From positions 18,538,001 through 18,602,000 of the forward strand of contig NC_073395.1 in assembly GCF_028641065.1 (NCBI RefSeq): a stretch of 64,000 nucleotides of DNA, read 5' to 3'. The position numbers were made by a program, and so were the translations under genes. Each line of letters starts with the position of its first letter. Position 1 is the first letter of the stretch. The notes below the pieces were generated by a model. The model searched no databases. It was not told the DNA's origin and saw nothing but the letters and a program-made list of their open reading frames with translations. Source of the DNA: Leucoraja erinacea. Taxonomy: Eukaryota. Positions 37,710-51,331 of this stretch are shown here, one piece after another.

Positions 37710-38512
37710 CACCGGAGCCAGGTGGATGGAGCTGACCCAGGGCAGAGCCGCCAGGACACCCGGTATTCCTCAGAGACTGGCCGTTTCCTGTCCCAGGGCT
37801 TGCAGTGCCGAGCCACCAAACCGACACGCAGGATCGAGGTTACTGTGGACGACAGCCCGGTCTTGGTGCGCGCTCAGGGGCAGAAGGAGTCCAGGTATCG
37901 AGGTGGGAGATCCGGTGGGAGAATCCGGGCAAGGTCCTACGGCCAACGCAGCTCCTCCGTGGACGTGGTTCCGACAGGTTGGTGGAGCGGGCCAAGGCCC
38001 TCATTGTGGCGGCATCCCACGTACCAGGCATCGGCCTTCGGCGGCTCCACCCGGCAAACCCACTACTCCAGGTCCTGGTCCCACCTCGCCCAGAGACAGA
38101 GTGAGCAGGCAAGGCAAGCGGCTCGGTGTGTCCGTGGCACCTTCGTTCACCGTGTACCCACTGACTTGGTGGGCCAACTCCCCTTGGTGGGCCACCACCC
38201 CGATCCTGTGCCATGGGCGGCCAGGGCTTACCGGAGGGCCCTGAGCTCGCCCCTGGAGGAGCAGCTCCACGCCGTCTCGGTCAGTGTCCGCAGCTCCTCA
38301 CAGAGGCTGGACCGCGTGGTGAAATACAACTGGAACCAAACCTCAGTCCAGACCAGCGCAGACAACGATGCAGTCACCGAGGAGTTCATTGCAGCCGAGA
38401 CCGCCGAGACCGCCGATCTTCAGGACCAGGCACAGACCCAGAGCCTCGGCGATCTCTCCAGTACTCCAGAAACCCAGGAAGCAAAAGTGCCATCCATGAC
38501 TGCTTCTTGCAG
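37710..38512 (+). CDS. PKP2: Plakophilin-2-like exon 3 (large head-domain exon)
   Basis: ctcccccag|; 803 bp open; RRIEVTVDDSP resembles the PKP2 head motif; AG|gtaagc, phase 2. Confidence 0.82.
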
Positions 38513-38569
38513 GTAAGCTTGTCAACTTAAGGTAAGGCCTATGACTCCCTATAACTTCATGCATCAGTC

Positions 38570-39208
38570 ACCTAGTCCATAAAGTGGCAACACAAGCAGA
38601 TAGAATGGTATAGAAGGCACATGGTACGCTTGTCTTCATCTATCGGGGCATTGAGTTATGAAGTCATGATTCAGCTTTATAGGACTTTGTTTAGGGTGTG
38701 TTTGGAGTATAGCATACATTTCTGGTCACCCTATTGCAGGAAGAATGTGGAGGCTTTGGAGGGGGTGCAGAAGAGGGTTACCAGAAAGATGCCTGGATCA
38801 GATGCCTGAGAGGTTGGACAAACTTGAATTGTTTTCCCTGGAACGTCGGAGGATGTGGGGAGATCTGATAGATGTATATAAAATTATGAGAGGCACAGAT
38901 AGGCAGAAACTTTATCTCAGGGTGGAAATGTCAAAGATTGAAGGGCATAGGTTTAAGGGGAAAGTAGCAAAGCTTAAAGGAGATGTGCGGGGTTAGTGTA
39001 TTACACAGAAGTTGGTCGGTGCCTGGAATGTGGTGGTGGAGGCAGATAAAAATAATGGCATTTAAGAGGCTTTTAGGAAGGCACATGGGTATGCAGGGAA
39101 TGGAGGGATATGGATCACATGCAGACATAAGAGATTAGTTTAACTAGGCCATGTTCAGCACCGATATTGTGAGCTGAAGGGCCTGTTCCTGTGCTGTACT
39201 GTTCTATA
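38570..39208 (+). mobile_element. CR1-clade LINE 3' fragment
   Basis: LYRTLFRVCLEYSIHFWSP...ERLDKLELFSLERRRMWGDLIDVYKIM. Confidence 0.82.
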
Positions 39209-39596
39209 TAAGAGGGGCGATGGGCGGGGTGCTGGAGTTGTTCTACGTACCGACAGACATGATCAGTACAAATGTGTGGCCTCGTCCTGTGCGTAACTCT
39301 CTGTGATCCCACCGTCGCCTCAACCCCTCTGGCCGAAGCTGAACTTACACAATGACCGGGCGGTCAGTCGGGTCCCAGTCAATGTCTCAATGGTTCAATA
39401 GTTAGATGGGACGATCGCAGCGAACACCTGCTGGGAACAGGCAGACCACTGATCTCCTGTCCACACACCCCAGACCCTGGGACTCCATCACTGGCAGTGA
39501 TCACCAGGGTACCTTCTGGAGAGCTGTCACTCGGCTGCTGTGGTTGCCGTTTGGTGTCACCGCTGCCGGTGAATTAACCAGTGAGTGTGTTGCCAG

Positions 39597-39729
39597 CACG
39601 AGTGTCGATGGGGAGTGGACCATGGACACCGCCGTCGCCGCCCTGGCCCATGACAAGATGGAGTACGTGGTGTACGGAGCTAACTTCATCCAACACGAGT
39701 GCTTCCAGAGGCCCGAAGCCAAGAAGGAG
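39597..39729 (+). CDS. PKP2: Plakophilin-2-like exon 4 (ARM1)
   Basis: TSVDGEWTMDTAVAALAHDKMEYVVYGANFIQHECFQRPEAKKE|gtaact; 133 bp. Confidence 0.9.
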
Positions 39730-40626
39730 GTAACTCTGACTTCTGCTCGCTTTTCCAATCTGGAGCATCTCGGGCAAGGACGCCCGGCATTGTTGCCCTT
39801 CCCTCTTGTCCCCTTGAAGGTGCCGGTGACCCACCTCCCTGAATCACTGCATTCCTTCTGGTGAGGGTCTCTCTCCCTCTCTCTGTGTTGGCGAGGGGGT
39901 TTCCAGGGTTTAGCCAGTGGCGATGAAGGGTCGGTGGTGTGTTTCCAGGGCAGGACAGTGCCTGACCTGGAGGGATCCTGCAGATGGAGGTGCTCCCGGG
40001 TCTCCTGCCCCTGCCGTTGACTGAGCTCATGGGATAGGAGGTGCCCAACGCATCATGTCGCCCAAGATGCCCCATCTAAGCTAGTCGCATTAACCTGCGT
40101 TTGACCCCAATCATTTGAAACCTTTCCTATCCATGTACCTGTCCTAATACCTTTCCAAAGTTGCTATATATAGTTTCTGCCCCAACTAACTCCTCTGGCA
40201 GCTTGTTCCAGATACCCACCACCCTCTGAGTGAAAATGTTGCCTCTCTGGTTCTTATTAAATCTTTCCCCTCTCACCTTAAACCTCTGTCCTCTGGTTCT
40301 TGATGCCCCTACCCTGGGTAAAAGACTTTGTGCATTCACCCTATCTATTCCGCTCAGGATCTTTTCACCTCTGCAAGATCGCCCCTCAACCTCCTGTGAT
40401 CCAAGGAGTGGAACCCGAGCCTGCCCAACCTCTCCCAAGGGTAAATCCCTGCTTCCCACAGTCGCCCTGCTTGGATCTCCTCCCCCTGAGGTCCTACAGT
40501 TTAGTTGCACGGCTTGGACAGACGCATCTCGTCTTCTTCTTCTTTGGAGTTTTACGGCAGCCGGCATCCACAATGTTGCATTGCTGCCACCTTCTGGCTT
40601 CATTCCACAGTACTCATGACTTTACA

Positions 40627-43600
40627 TTATATCCTTTTTATAAGCCCAGAGGCCCTCAAGAAATCAAACAACAACTTTATTCCTTTTCCTTTCCCTCCAC
40701 ACTCTAGAATGTTCTTTACTGATATTTCTGTCAATCCAATTTTCCTCATTTCAATGATCATAAGTCCTCTTTCTGTCTCATATCTCCTACATGCAATTAG
40801 GGCATGCTGAACAGTTTCTGGCTGATGGTATTCCCCACACAGCCCAGTAGGGTGTTTTCCCAATATTTTTAATGTGCTGTTCAGGTGAGTGTGTCCTATC
40901 CTCAATCTTGTTAATACTACCTGTTCCCTCCTGTTCCCCCCTCTTCTTGCTGTAATGCCCACTCTGTTTTGTATCGAATAGAGGTGTCTCCCCTTTGTCT
41001 CCTGTTCCCAGTATTGTTGCCATTCCTGATTTATTTTCTTCCACACAATGTGTTTTCCTTCAGATTTGGATAGTTGTAAGTTTACCTCTATGTTTCTTTT
41101 TTTTTAAAGCCTCCTTTGCTAATTTATCCACCTTTTCATTCCCTAGAACACCAATGTGAGCTGGGTCCCACAACAAAGTCACGTCACTGCCCCTCCTTGT
41201 CACTTGGCTTAATAGTAGCAGGATTTCATAAACTAAGTCAGGCCGCCTATGGGATGCACCAGACCCAATATTCTGGATTGCAGATAATGAGTGGCTACAT
41301 ATTAATACTTTACATGGTTGCATCAGTTCCATCCACCGAACTGCCATCAAAATAGCGTACAGTTCCACTGTATATACTGTCAAATAGTTATTTGTTCTTT
41401 TGTAAAGCTCAACATTCATCCCCTGGACTACCACCGCCGCCCCTGTTGTTTCAGCTACTGGGTCCTTTGATCCATCTGTGAAAATTAAGAGGTGTTCCCT
41501 GTATCTATTATCTATATGGTTATGATATTCTGTCTTTAGGTCTGAATTTTTGTTCCTCCTTTTTGCCTCCCATATCTCCAGATCAACTTTTGGGATGTTC
41601 AGTAACCATATTGGCACAGATGGCCACAATACTGCAGGGCAGAACTCTTTGTCCTCTACTCCCATGTCCCTTGCCACAACTCCTCCAACCCAGCCGAAGC
41701 TTCCAGACTGAGCCACCCCTCTCTCCCAGCATTCCTGTACTACCTGTTTTGTTGGGTGGTTCTCTCCATGACCCTTGAGGCTTAGCCAGTAATTAGCCAT
41801 TAGTTGTCTGCGGCGCAGTCTCAACGGCATCTCCCCAGTTTCCACCTGTAGTGCACATACAGGTGACGTCCGCACACCTCCTATACAGATTCTTAGAGCT
41901 TCTGCTTGGACTTTGTCCAACTCGGACAACACTGACTTAGATGCTGACCCATACGCTATACTGCCATACTCTAGTCTGGATCTGATCAATGATACATAAA
42001 TACGTTTAAGAGATGATACATCTGCTCCCCACTCTAAACCTGCCAAGCATCTCATTACATTGATGACTTTTTTGCATTTTTCAATTATTTTTGTAATGTG
42101 GACCCTCCATGTTAATCTGGAGTCAAAATGAACCCCCAGGAAATGGAAATCTTTTACTCTTTCCAAATTGTTGCCGTATAGTTTTAACTGGACATCCTCT
42201 TTAATTTTTTTCCTTGTGAAAACCATTGTCTTTGTCTTCTTTATAGAGAATTTAAAACCCCATTTCCCTCCCCACTCTTCCACCTGGGCTATCCCTTGCT
42301 GTACTTTTTCCACGATAAAATCTATATTCCTCCCCCTTCGCCATAGGCTGCCATCATCTGCAAAGAGCGATCACCGCATCACTGGTTGAATGTTTGCAAA
42401 TATATCATTGATCATGATTGAGAATAGGATCGGGCTTATCGCACTTCCCTGGGGAGTTCCATTCTCGACTACACATTTACTAGAGATGTCTGACCCTATT
42501 TTAACTTGGATACTTCTACCGTTGAGAAAATCCATTATCCAGTTAAAAATATTTCCTCCTACTCCCATTAAATGCAGCTTTATTAGAAGACCTTCTCTCC
42601 ACAACATATCGTAAGCCTTCTCTACATCAAAAAATATGGTAACTACAGATTCTTCTTTGACTTGTGCTTTCCTTATATCATCTTCCAAGCACAGAACTGG
42701 ATCATTAGTACCTCTCCCTTTTCTAAAGCCACTCTGATAATTAGCCACTATACCTTTTTCTTCCATTAGATGCATTAATCTTTCATTTACCATTCTTTCC
42801 ATCAGTTTACACATGTGTGCTGTTAAAGCTATAGGTCTATAATTTACTGGATTACTTGCATCTTTCCCTGGTTTTCTAATAGGCACAATGATTGCTTCCT
42901 TCCACCTCTCCGTTCTTCCCGTACCTTGTTATATAGTGCAAGTATCTTTTGGAGTCCCTCCTCACTTAGATACATTATGTAACAAATATCATCCTTCCCT
43001 GGGGCTGAGTTCTTACACTTGGCCAGAGCTCTCTTTAGCTCCCCCAAATTAAATGGAATATTGTACTTGTCCTCTGTGATACCTTTCCTGTGTAAGGCCT
43101 CAACATTTTCCTCTCTTGTTCTTTCCCTACCTCTTCTTCCTTCCTCTGATAAGTTGTGGGAGCTGTGAACCCTACTAAAAGTGTTAACCATTAGTTCTGC
43201 TTTGTCTTTATTTGAGACTACAGTTTGATCTCCATATGTTAGGATAGGATAACTCCACTCCCTTTTATCACCTTCCATTTTTTTAATCATCCCCCATATC
43301 TCCCCTACCTGTGTTGTGTTTCCAATGGAATCACAATACTTCCTCCAATATGCTCTTTTTGTTTGTCTTATAGTCCTCCTTACAATTGCCTGAGCCTGTT
43401 TGTAATTAATCATGTGTTGGTAGTTATGAGTTCTTTTTAATAATCTGAATGCTCTGTTTCTATTCACCACCACCTCTTTACACTTATTGTCCCACCACGG
43501 CACAGCTTTCCTTTTTGATCTTCCTTTACTTTTAGGTATGGAAACTAATGCTGCTCTTTTGATACCTTCTGACAATTTATTCTCAAAGCTTTCTATATCA

Positions 43601-44364
43601 GTCTCGTCTTGTATCGGTTTTACATATCTATCACTTTCCTCCTTAAATTGCTCCCAATTAGCCTTTCCAAAAACCCATCGTCCACTTCTGTTTTCTTTAC
43701 TCATAATTAAAGTAACATTTATTTTGCATAGCACAGGATGATGATCACTTCCTATGGTACCCTTTTCATATACTCCCCAGTCACATTTAGCAGCAATCCG
43801 ATTAGAAACAATTGTAAGGTCCAACACAGACTTCTTCCCTGTCCTAACATCTACCCTGGTCTTCTTTCCATCATTTAGACATACTAGGTTACCACCATTC
43901 AATAATTCCTCAATTACCTGTCCATTATTATCTGACTTTCCACTGCCCCATAATGTATTATGTGCGTTAAAGTCCCCACACCAAATAACATTAGATTTGC
44001 TCTGGCCTTCTACTTCCTGTAACTTACTGACCTCTAATCGCTTACATGGATTATAGTAATTTATTACCACTATTTTCCTCCTCTCAGACCACACTTCTAT
44101 TACCACATATTCCTGTTCCTGCCCAATTCCTAATACCCTGTATGGTATCCCTTTTTTAATGAAAGTGGCGCAACCCCCTCCTCCCCCATTTCCCCTATCA
44201 CATCTCACTGCAACATAATCATAAAGAACAAAATCTAAACTTGGTTTTAACCAGGTTTCCTGGATACATACGACATCTGGTTTTTCCTTCCTACTGTCTA
44301 TGAATTGCTTAAAGTCTTGCCCATTGGCTAACAAGCTTCGTGCATTCCATTGTAGGATTAACAT
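40627..44364 (-). pseudogene. LINE ORF2 (APE endonuclease, reverse transcriptase, RNase H), several frameshifts
   Basis: QWNARSL, IQETWL, GDFNAH, SDHHP (APE); YRPIAL, QSGFR, DVEKAYD, GTPQGS, LFADD (RT); FTDGS...ELYAI...PAHIGVLGNEKVD (RNase H); split over four ORFs. Confidence 0.92.
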
Positions 44365-44372
44365 TAATATTA

Positions 44373-45555
44373 TTAACCCACACATGTTGACTCTTGGCTC
44401 CCCTGGATACTGAGACCATCATGTATTTCCTCCCACTTCAATCCTGCCATGCCCAAGTGGTGGACTGCAGCCTTTACAATGATTTCTGTTTTGGATTTTA
44501 TTTCTGCTGTCGCATTTATTACTCCTGCTATAAATATAACCAGGTTTTTCTTTTCTTTCCATATACTATTTTCTTTTTCTTTTATTGTCTCCATTATGCC
44601 CACATCTTGCTCCCTCCTGATCCTTCTTTCATTCATCTGTTTTGTAGGGCCAGCCCTCTTTGCTGCCTCTGCATAGGAGACCTTTTCCTTCACTCTTATG
44701 TTTTGTACTACAGCTTCGTGTTTCATCACCTCACAGCCCCAGTAAGCCACACTATGCTCTCCTCCACAATTACAGCACTTTGGTCTGACCCCCTCTCCAA
44801 CACTGACCATATTCATGGTCCCCACTACACCTTGCACATTTCCTCGCCCCCTTGCACATTTTAGCTATATGCCCAAATTTCTGACATTTGAAGCACCTCA
44901 TTGGTTTGGGTACATACTCTCTTACGCTATATCGCATGAATCCAAAATGGACCACTTTTGGAAGGGATTCTGTCTTGAATTCGACCAGGACTGACTCGGT
45001 TTCCTCTTTCTTTGCTCCTTTGGTCATTCTTTTGGCACTCATAATTAATTCACATCTCTTCCTGAGTTCCTGAACCAGTTCACTCATATTAACTTTGAGA
45101 GAGATTCCATAGATAACCCCTTTACACCCTGCCCTCCTCCGTTCTCCTACTCTCACTACTTTGATTATTTTGGTTTTGTCAATCTTGTTCATTTTCATTG
45201 CCTTTTCAACTTGAGCCTCACTGTTGCACCCTATTAGCATGTTTCCATCCTCCAGCACTCTTGCATACTTTACTTCCCCAACCTGGGCCCTGATTATTTT
45301 TGTCAGCTTCAATGGCGCTATCTTCTTTACTCCTCCTTTTCCTTCAAACCTCGCCACTACATTTAACGAAATTTCCTTTTCTGGTTCTTTGTCTTCACTC
45401 TCCGATCCACCAGTATTGTTTTTCCTTCTTTTACGGCTGCTCTTCCTGGGACTACCCCGTGCTCCCACGGTTTCCCACTCCTCCTTCTCAACACTTTGTT
45501 CGTTATCCTCTCTTCCACTGGCCTCCATACCACTAGACCCACTCTCACAGATCAT
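44373..45555 (-). pseudogene. LINE ORF1 (gag-like nucleic-acid-binding protein), one frameshift
   Basis: CFKCQKFGHIAKMC, CARCSGDHEYGQC, CCNCGGEHSVAYWGC; frameshift near 44790-44810. Confidence 0.88.
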
Positions 45556-45843
45556 TTTGTAACAGCAGGGAATAGTAACAGAGCACCATTTACCGGACCT
45601 ATACGGGCCATCGGCCGATACCCCGATACAATATGCCCTCCGCGTCTGCGACCGCTTTCACTGCAGTCTATCTCCCTTCTTCTCCGACTCGCAACTCTCT
45701 CCCCCTGACGCATCTCTGCTGCAGTGAAGCTGCTTTGGAGGTTGCTGTGCTGAGTGTTGCGTGGCTGTGCGGGTCACGGGGCTGGGAGGGGTGGGGTGAT
45801 ACCTGGGCCCTCTGCTGATCGCCTCACTGCCCGTTTCCCACAG

Positions 45844-46051
45844 CTGTACGAGTTGGATGGGATTGAGCGGCTGATGGAGCTGCTGAGCAACGAGGAGGTG
45901 GAGGTGCAGCGGGCAGTGTGCGGGGCCATCCGGAACGGCGTGTTCGAGGAGAACGACAGCAAGCTGGAGGTGAGGGACCAGGGCGGGCTGCAGAAGCTGG
46001 TGCAGCTGCTGGGCCACACCAAGGACATCGAGACAAGGAGGCAGATTACCG
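45844..46051 (+). CDS. PKP2: Plakophilin-2-like exon 5
   Basis: LYELDGIERLMELLSNEEVEVQRAVCGAIRNGVFEENDSKLEV...ETRRQIT-G|gtgagt; 208 bp. Confidence 0.93.
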
Positions 46052-46065
46052 GTGAGTGGTGAGAC

Positions 46066-46360
46066 CTTAGAGATACAGCGCGGAAACAGGCCCTTCTTCC
46101 CACCCAGTCCGCACCGACCAACAATCACCCCGTAAACAAACGCTTATCACTATAAACTACACTAGCACTATCCTACACACTAGGGGCAATTTGCAATCTT
46201 TACCGTTGCCCATTAACCTACAAACCCGCACGGCTAAGGCGTGTGTGAAGAAACCGGAGCACCCAGAGAAAACCCACGAGGTCACAGGGAGAACGTGCAA
46301 ACTCCGTATAGACAGCACCCACAGCCAGGATCAAGCTCTACCGCTGCTCCACTCCGCTGC
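46066..46360 (-). mobile_element. V-SINE (HE1-like) filling most of plakophilin intron 5
   Basis: Reverse complement of the same family. Confidence 0.75.
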
Positions 46361-46406
46361 CCAGAATTCTCCGCCGCCCCTATGTAACACGCCGGCTTGT
46401 CTTCAG

Positions 46407-46578
46407 GTTTAATGTGGAACCTGTCTTCGAATGAGCAGCTGAAGAGTGAGCTGATCGAAGAGGCCCTGCATCCACTCAACTCGTCGATCATCATTCCGTA
46501 CTCGGGTTGGCCCGACGGGGACGTCAAACCCGTGGACGTGGATCCCGACATCTTCTACAACACCACCGGCTGCTTGAG
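46407..46578 (+). CDS. PKP2: Plakophilin-2-like exon 6
   Basis: [39 protein letters not shown]...[11 protein letters not shown]; 172 bp. Confidence 0.93.
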
Positions 46579-46764
46579 GTGAGCTGCTAGCGGGTGCTGT
46601 CAGTCCACGAGACCTTCTCCTTGATCTCCTCTCCGTGGAGAGCGAGGCCCGCGGCAGGCACCAGCCTAACCTGCTGAGGGGGCTCGGTGTTCTACAGCAG
46701 AGGTCGATAGATGGATGGATGGATGGTATAGATAGGTATAGGTAGACCCGGTACATTACCTATT

Positions 46765-47205
46765 CCATAGAAACATAGAAAATAGGTGCAGGAGTAGGCC
46801 ATTCGGCCGTTCGAGCCTGCACCGCCATTCAATATGATCATGGCTGATCATCCAACTCAGTATTCTGTATCTGCCTGAGTTTCTCCAGCAATTTTGTGTA
46901 CCTTCGATCTTCCAGCATCTGCAGTTCCTTATTGAACACTTCCGTATCTGCCTTCTCTCCATACCCCCTGATCCCCTTATCCACAAGGGCCACATCTAAC
47001 TCCCTCTTAAATATAGCCAATGAACTGGCCTCGACTACCTTCTGTGGCAGAGAATTCCACAGATTCACCACTCTGTGTGAAAAATGTTTTTCTCATCTCG
47101 GTCCTAAAAAAACCTCCCTCTTATCCTTAAACTGTGACCCCTTGTTCTGGACTTCCCCAACATCGGGAACAATCTTCCTGCATCTAGCCTGTCCAACCCC
47201 TTAAG
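46765..47205 (-). mobile_element. HER1-like LINE 3' end interrupted by a Penelope-derived fragment
   Basis: Near-identical to 9013-9380; about 70 bp Penelope terminal segment at 46875-46940. Confidence 0.82.
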
Positions 47206-48504
47206 AGGTGGACAGGAGATATCGGTGGAGAGGTAGATATAGAGAAGAGATGGAGATATATAAAGTTATTATATAAGCTACTATAATGTGTTGGAACAAA
47301 ACTTCTTAAACGCCAACCTCTTTACAACACAGGCCAATGGCTGCTTGACTTCATAACAACTAGTTGAACCTGTCTGAACTGAATAAAAATATATATGCGT
47401 GTTATATAATAACACACACATGATACAGGCCAGCCATGATGATACCAGATGGTGGGGCAGAGTAGAGGGGCAGAGTGGCCTGCTGCTGTTTCTGTAACTG
47501 CGGTGAGGGAGCGCCGCGCTGTCCGCTGCTGTGGGAGGGGCGGGACTGAGAGGGCATCAATCTATTGTGCTTAGCTCTCAGACGACGAGGAGTGGGGGAG
47601 TGGGGGGGGGGGGGGGGGCTGCGAGTTAAGGAGGGGTGAAGTGGACAGCTTTTCAAAGAGTCAGCACACTAACAAAAGCCTGAGAGGGTTTCATCTGCAC
47701 TCAATGGTTCTTCTAAACTACTTGAAACACAAACAGAGCCAGAGTCAAACGTGTTACCAAGGAGATGGTTTACTGTGGTTAATGGATAACAGGGTGTAGT
47801 AACGCTGTCCCGGCCGGAATTATTTGATGTCGGCTGCACTAAGGATCCTTGGCTCACTGAGGGCCTGAAGAAGGGTCTCGACCCGAAACCTCACCTATTG
47901 CTTTTCTCCAGAGATGCTGCCTGACCCGCTGAGTTACTCCAACTTTTTGTGTGTATCTTCGATTTAAACCAACAACTGCAGTTCCTTCCTAAACACAGAG
48001 GATCATTTGCATTTGGTTATCACCCCGATGCCCCTGGGTTTTGTCTGCACCCCCTAGGTGGGAGGGAGCTCTTGTAACAGAGCGTTCAAACACACCCACC
48101 GAGGAACACATCGCGGTTGCTGCAAACCCGAAACTAAAACAGAGTGCTGGGACGGGCAGCTGGTCAGGTAGCGTGTGGGGTGAGGAAGGGTCCGTGTTGC
48201 AGGCCGGGACCCTGCACCCAAACAGGAATGGTGTCTGGTTCTGGGGGTCGCTACAGAGTGGGGGCTTTGGTGGAATTGGCAGTGGATGGGGAGGGAGGGA
48301 GTTCTGGTTTTTATTTACATACTGGGGGGGATGACATGAGCTCTGAACTACATTCAAGAAACATGTAGATAGGTACATGGATAGGACAGGTTAGATGGGT
48401 ATGAGCCAAACGCAGGCAGGCAGGACTAGTGTAGATGGGGCATCCTGGTCCGTGTGGATAAGTTGGGCTAAAGGGCCTATTTCCGTGCTGACAGCTCACA
48501 GTGT

Positions 48505-48548
<44 letters not shown>

Positions 48549-49031
48549 GGGGGAGAGGGGACCTGAGTGAGAGGGGCTGCAAAGAGAGGGCTGAGGGTTG
48601 ATGCAGTTTCTTGGTTGTAACCTCAACGTGGCTGGTCTACGACAAGTTGTCATGGATATTGAATTAATATTTACACCAGGGACTGAAGCTGGCGACCTTG
48701 TAACCCTTGCCCCCAATGATCAGCCTCTGCGGGTGTGCCCGTGTCCCACTCCCTGCCCGCAGGCATCCTGCTCATTACAGCTGGCTGGGGCGTGAATCAC
48801 CACAGATCAGCTCGCACTGAAAGGCTTTAACTCGTCACGTCCCGTCGAGTCAGCGATCCACGGGGCGCGTAGGCGTGTTGACATCAGGCTTGGGCTGGGT
48901 GGGGAGTTCCTGCCCAAAGATCTTATAGCTCTGCTATAAGATCTTTGTTCCTGCCTACGGCATTCCCTGGACAGCGGGGATACGCTGCCGATCTTCCTGG
49001 GACACTGATTGGAACGAGATCCCGGGTGGGT

Positions 49032-49067
<36 letters not shown>

Positions 49068-50094
49068 AGGGGGGAGGAGAGGGTGGGGAGGGGAGGGGGG
49101 GAGGGGCAGGGGGGGGGGGGGGGGGGAGGGAATCTAGGACTATGTGGGAAAAGCCAGAACGGGGGTGTTGATTTTGGATGATCAGCCATGATCATATTGA
49201 ATGGCCTACTCCTGCACCTATTTTCTATGTTCAAGGCAGCATTTTGTGTTGGTTTATTGTTGCCACGTGTACCGAGGTACAGTGCAACACTTTGTGTACT
49301 ATCCATTCAAATATTGGATTTATGTTAGGAAGCAACGTCAGTCGCTGCTTTACACTTATAATTCTGGAGTAACTCAGCCGGTCAGGCAGCATCTCTGGGG
49401 AGATTCCCCAGTAGGTGACATTTCGGGTTGAGACCTTTCTTCAGACTGAGAGTCAGGGAGGGGAAAAACTAGAGGTATGAGAAGGTACAGAACAAAGCAG
49501 AGTATTTATGTGTAGTATTGTGTGATCTGAACAAAACAAAGCCTTGTATGCAAAACAAGGTTTTTCGCAATACCTTGGTACATGTGATAATAATGAACCA
49601 ACATAAACCTAAACAAAACCATACCATACACAAGTACAAGAGGTACTTCCCTCCCCCACGCAGTGTGGGTGCAGTGACCGTCAGTGGTCTCCCCTCCCCC
49701 TCCCCTCCTGACGGCCGCTGAACCAGTGCAGGGGAGCCCAGTGTTACTCCATGGAGCACCGGTCCCGCTGGTGTTCATCGGCCAGCCACCCCTCCATGAC
49801 TTTAGATACAGCGAGGAAACGGACCACTCGGCCCATCGAATACGTGCTGACCAGCGATCCCCATACACTATACTATCCTGCACAATAGGGGCAATTTACA
49901 TTTTTTACCAAAGCCAATTAACCTACAGGTGAGAGAGGGTCCTGCCTCTTTTTCCAAAGATCTGTTGTTTATGGGTTGGTTTTGGGCACTATGGGTTCTG
50001 GGTCTCTGGCGCTGTAAGGCAGCATAAGAGATTAGTATACAAACTTAAAGCACAAGGCATTGGGGGTTCAGAATTGATGTGGATAGAGAACTGG

Positions 50095-50497
50095 AGTTTC
50101 ACTGGAGTTTAGAAGGATGAGGGGTAATCTTATAGAAACATATAAAGTTATAAAAGGACTGGACAAGCTAGATGCAGGAAAAATGTTCCCAATGTTGGGC
50201 GAGTCCAGAACCAGGGGTCACAGTCTTAGAATAAAGGGGAGGTCATTTAAGACTGAGGTGAGAAAAAACTTTGTTGTGAATTTATGGAATTCCCTCCCAC
50301 AGAGGGCAGTGGAGGCCAAGTCACTGAATGGATTTAAGAGAGAGTTAGATAGAGCTCTAGGGGCTAGTGGAGTCAAGGGATATGGGGAGAAGGCAGGCAC
50401 GGGTTATTGATAGGGGACGATCAGCCATGATCATAATGAATGGCGGTGCTGGCTGGAAGGGCTGAATGGCCTCTTCCTGCGTCTATTTTCTATGTTT
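50095..50497 (+). mobile_element. CR1-clade (HER1-like) LINE 3' end
   Basis: MRGNLIETYKVIKGLDKLDAGKMFPMLGESRTRGHSLRIKG. Confidence 0.87.
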
Positions 50498-51213
50498 CAA
50501 AAATGCTGGAGTAACTCAGCGGGACAGGCAGCATCTCTGGATAGAAAGAATGGGTGACGTTTCGGGTCATGACTCATCTTGTCGAGAGGAAACGTCACCC
50601 ATTCCTTCTATCTAGAAATGCTGCCTGTCCTGCTGAGTAACTCCAGCGTTTTGTGTCTATCTTCAAAGTAAACCAGCATCTCTAGTTCCTTCCTACACAC
50701 TGTAAGGCAGCAACTCTAACTATGCCGCAGTGCCGTCCTACATAACATTGCTAACCGTTGTGGCCTAAACCAACCTATAAACAACACATCTTTGGAAAAA
50801 GAGGCAGGACCCTCTCTCACCTCCATGTCATGGGGTCAATATTTATGTCGCTAACAACACTAATGATTTGGAATAAATTGGGTAAACACACAGAGTCCTT
50901 TACCAAGAGTAGGGGAATCACAAACCAGAGGACATAGATTTAAGGTGAGGGGGAAAAGATTTAATAGGAACCTGAGGGGCAACTTTTTTTTTCCCACACA
51001 AAGGGTGGTGGATGTATGAAACAAGCTCTTAGAGGAGTTAGTTAAGGCAGGTACTATTGCAATGTTTCAAATACATTTAAACAGATACAGGGATACTGAA
51101 GATGAGGTTGTGGTGACGGGTGCCAGACTCTGCCATGGGTGGTCTTTGGTCAACGTTGCCGCCTTTGATGGTGCGTTGGCGTGAGGAAGTTGACCCTCTC
51201 CCTCCTTCCACAG

Positions 51214-51331
51214 GAACCTGAGTTCAGCGAGTCCCGAAGGCCGGAAACAGATGCGGGAATGCGAGGGGTTAATCGATTCGCTGGTCCTCTACATCCAGTT
51301 CACCATCGCCAACAACCAGGAGGACGATAAG
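51214..51331 (+). CDS. PKP2: Plakophilin-2-like exon 7
   Basis: [39 protein letters not shown]|gtttgt; 118 bp. Confidence 0.93.

Larger units (their letters stand above)
40531..45706 (-). mobile_element. Full-length non-LTR retrotransposon, Nimb/I group (ORF1 + APE-RT-RNaseH ORF2), mildly decayed
   Basis: 10-bp TSD GACGCATCTC at 40521-30 and 45707-16; (GAA)n 3' tail; ORF1 with three CCHC knuckles; ORF2 with APE, RT and RNase H domains. Confidence 0.93.
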
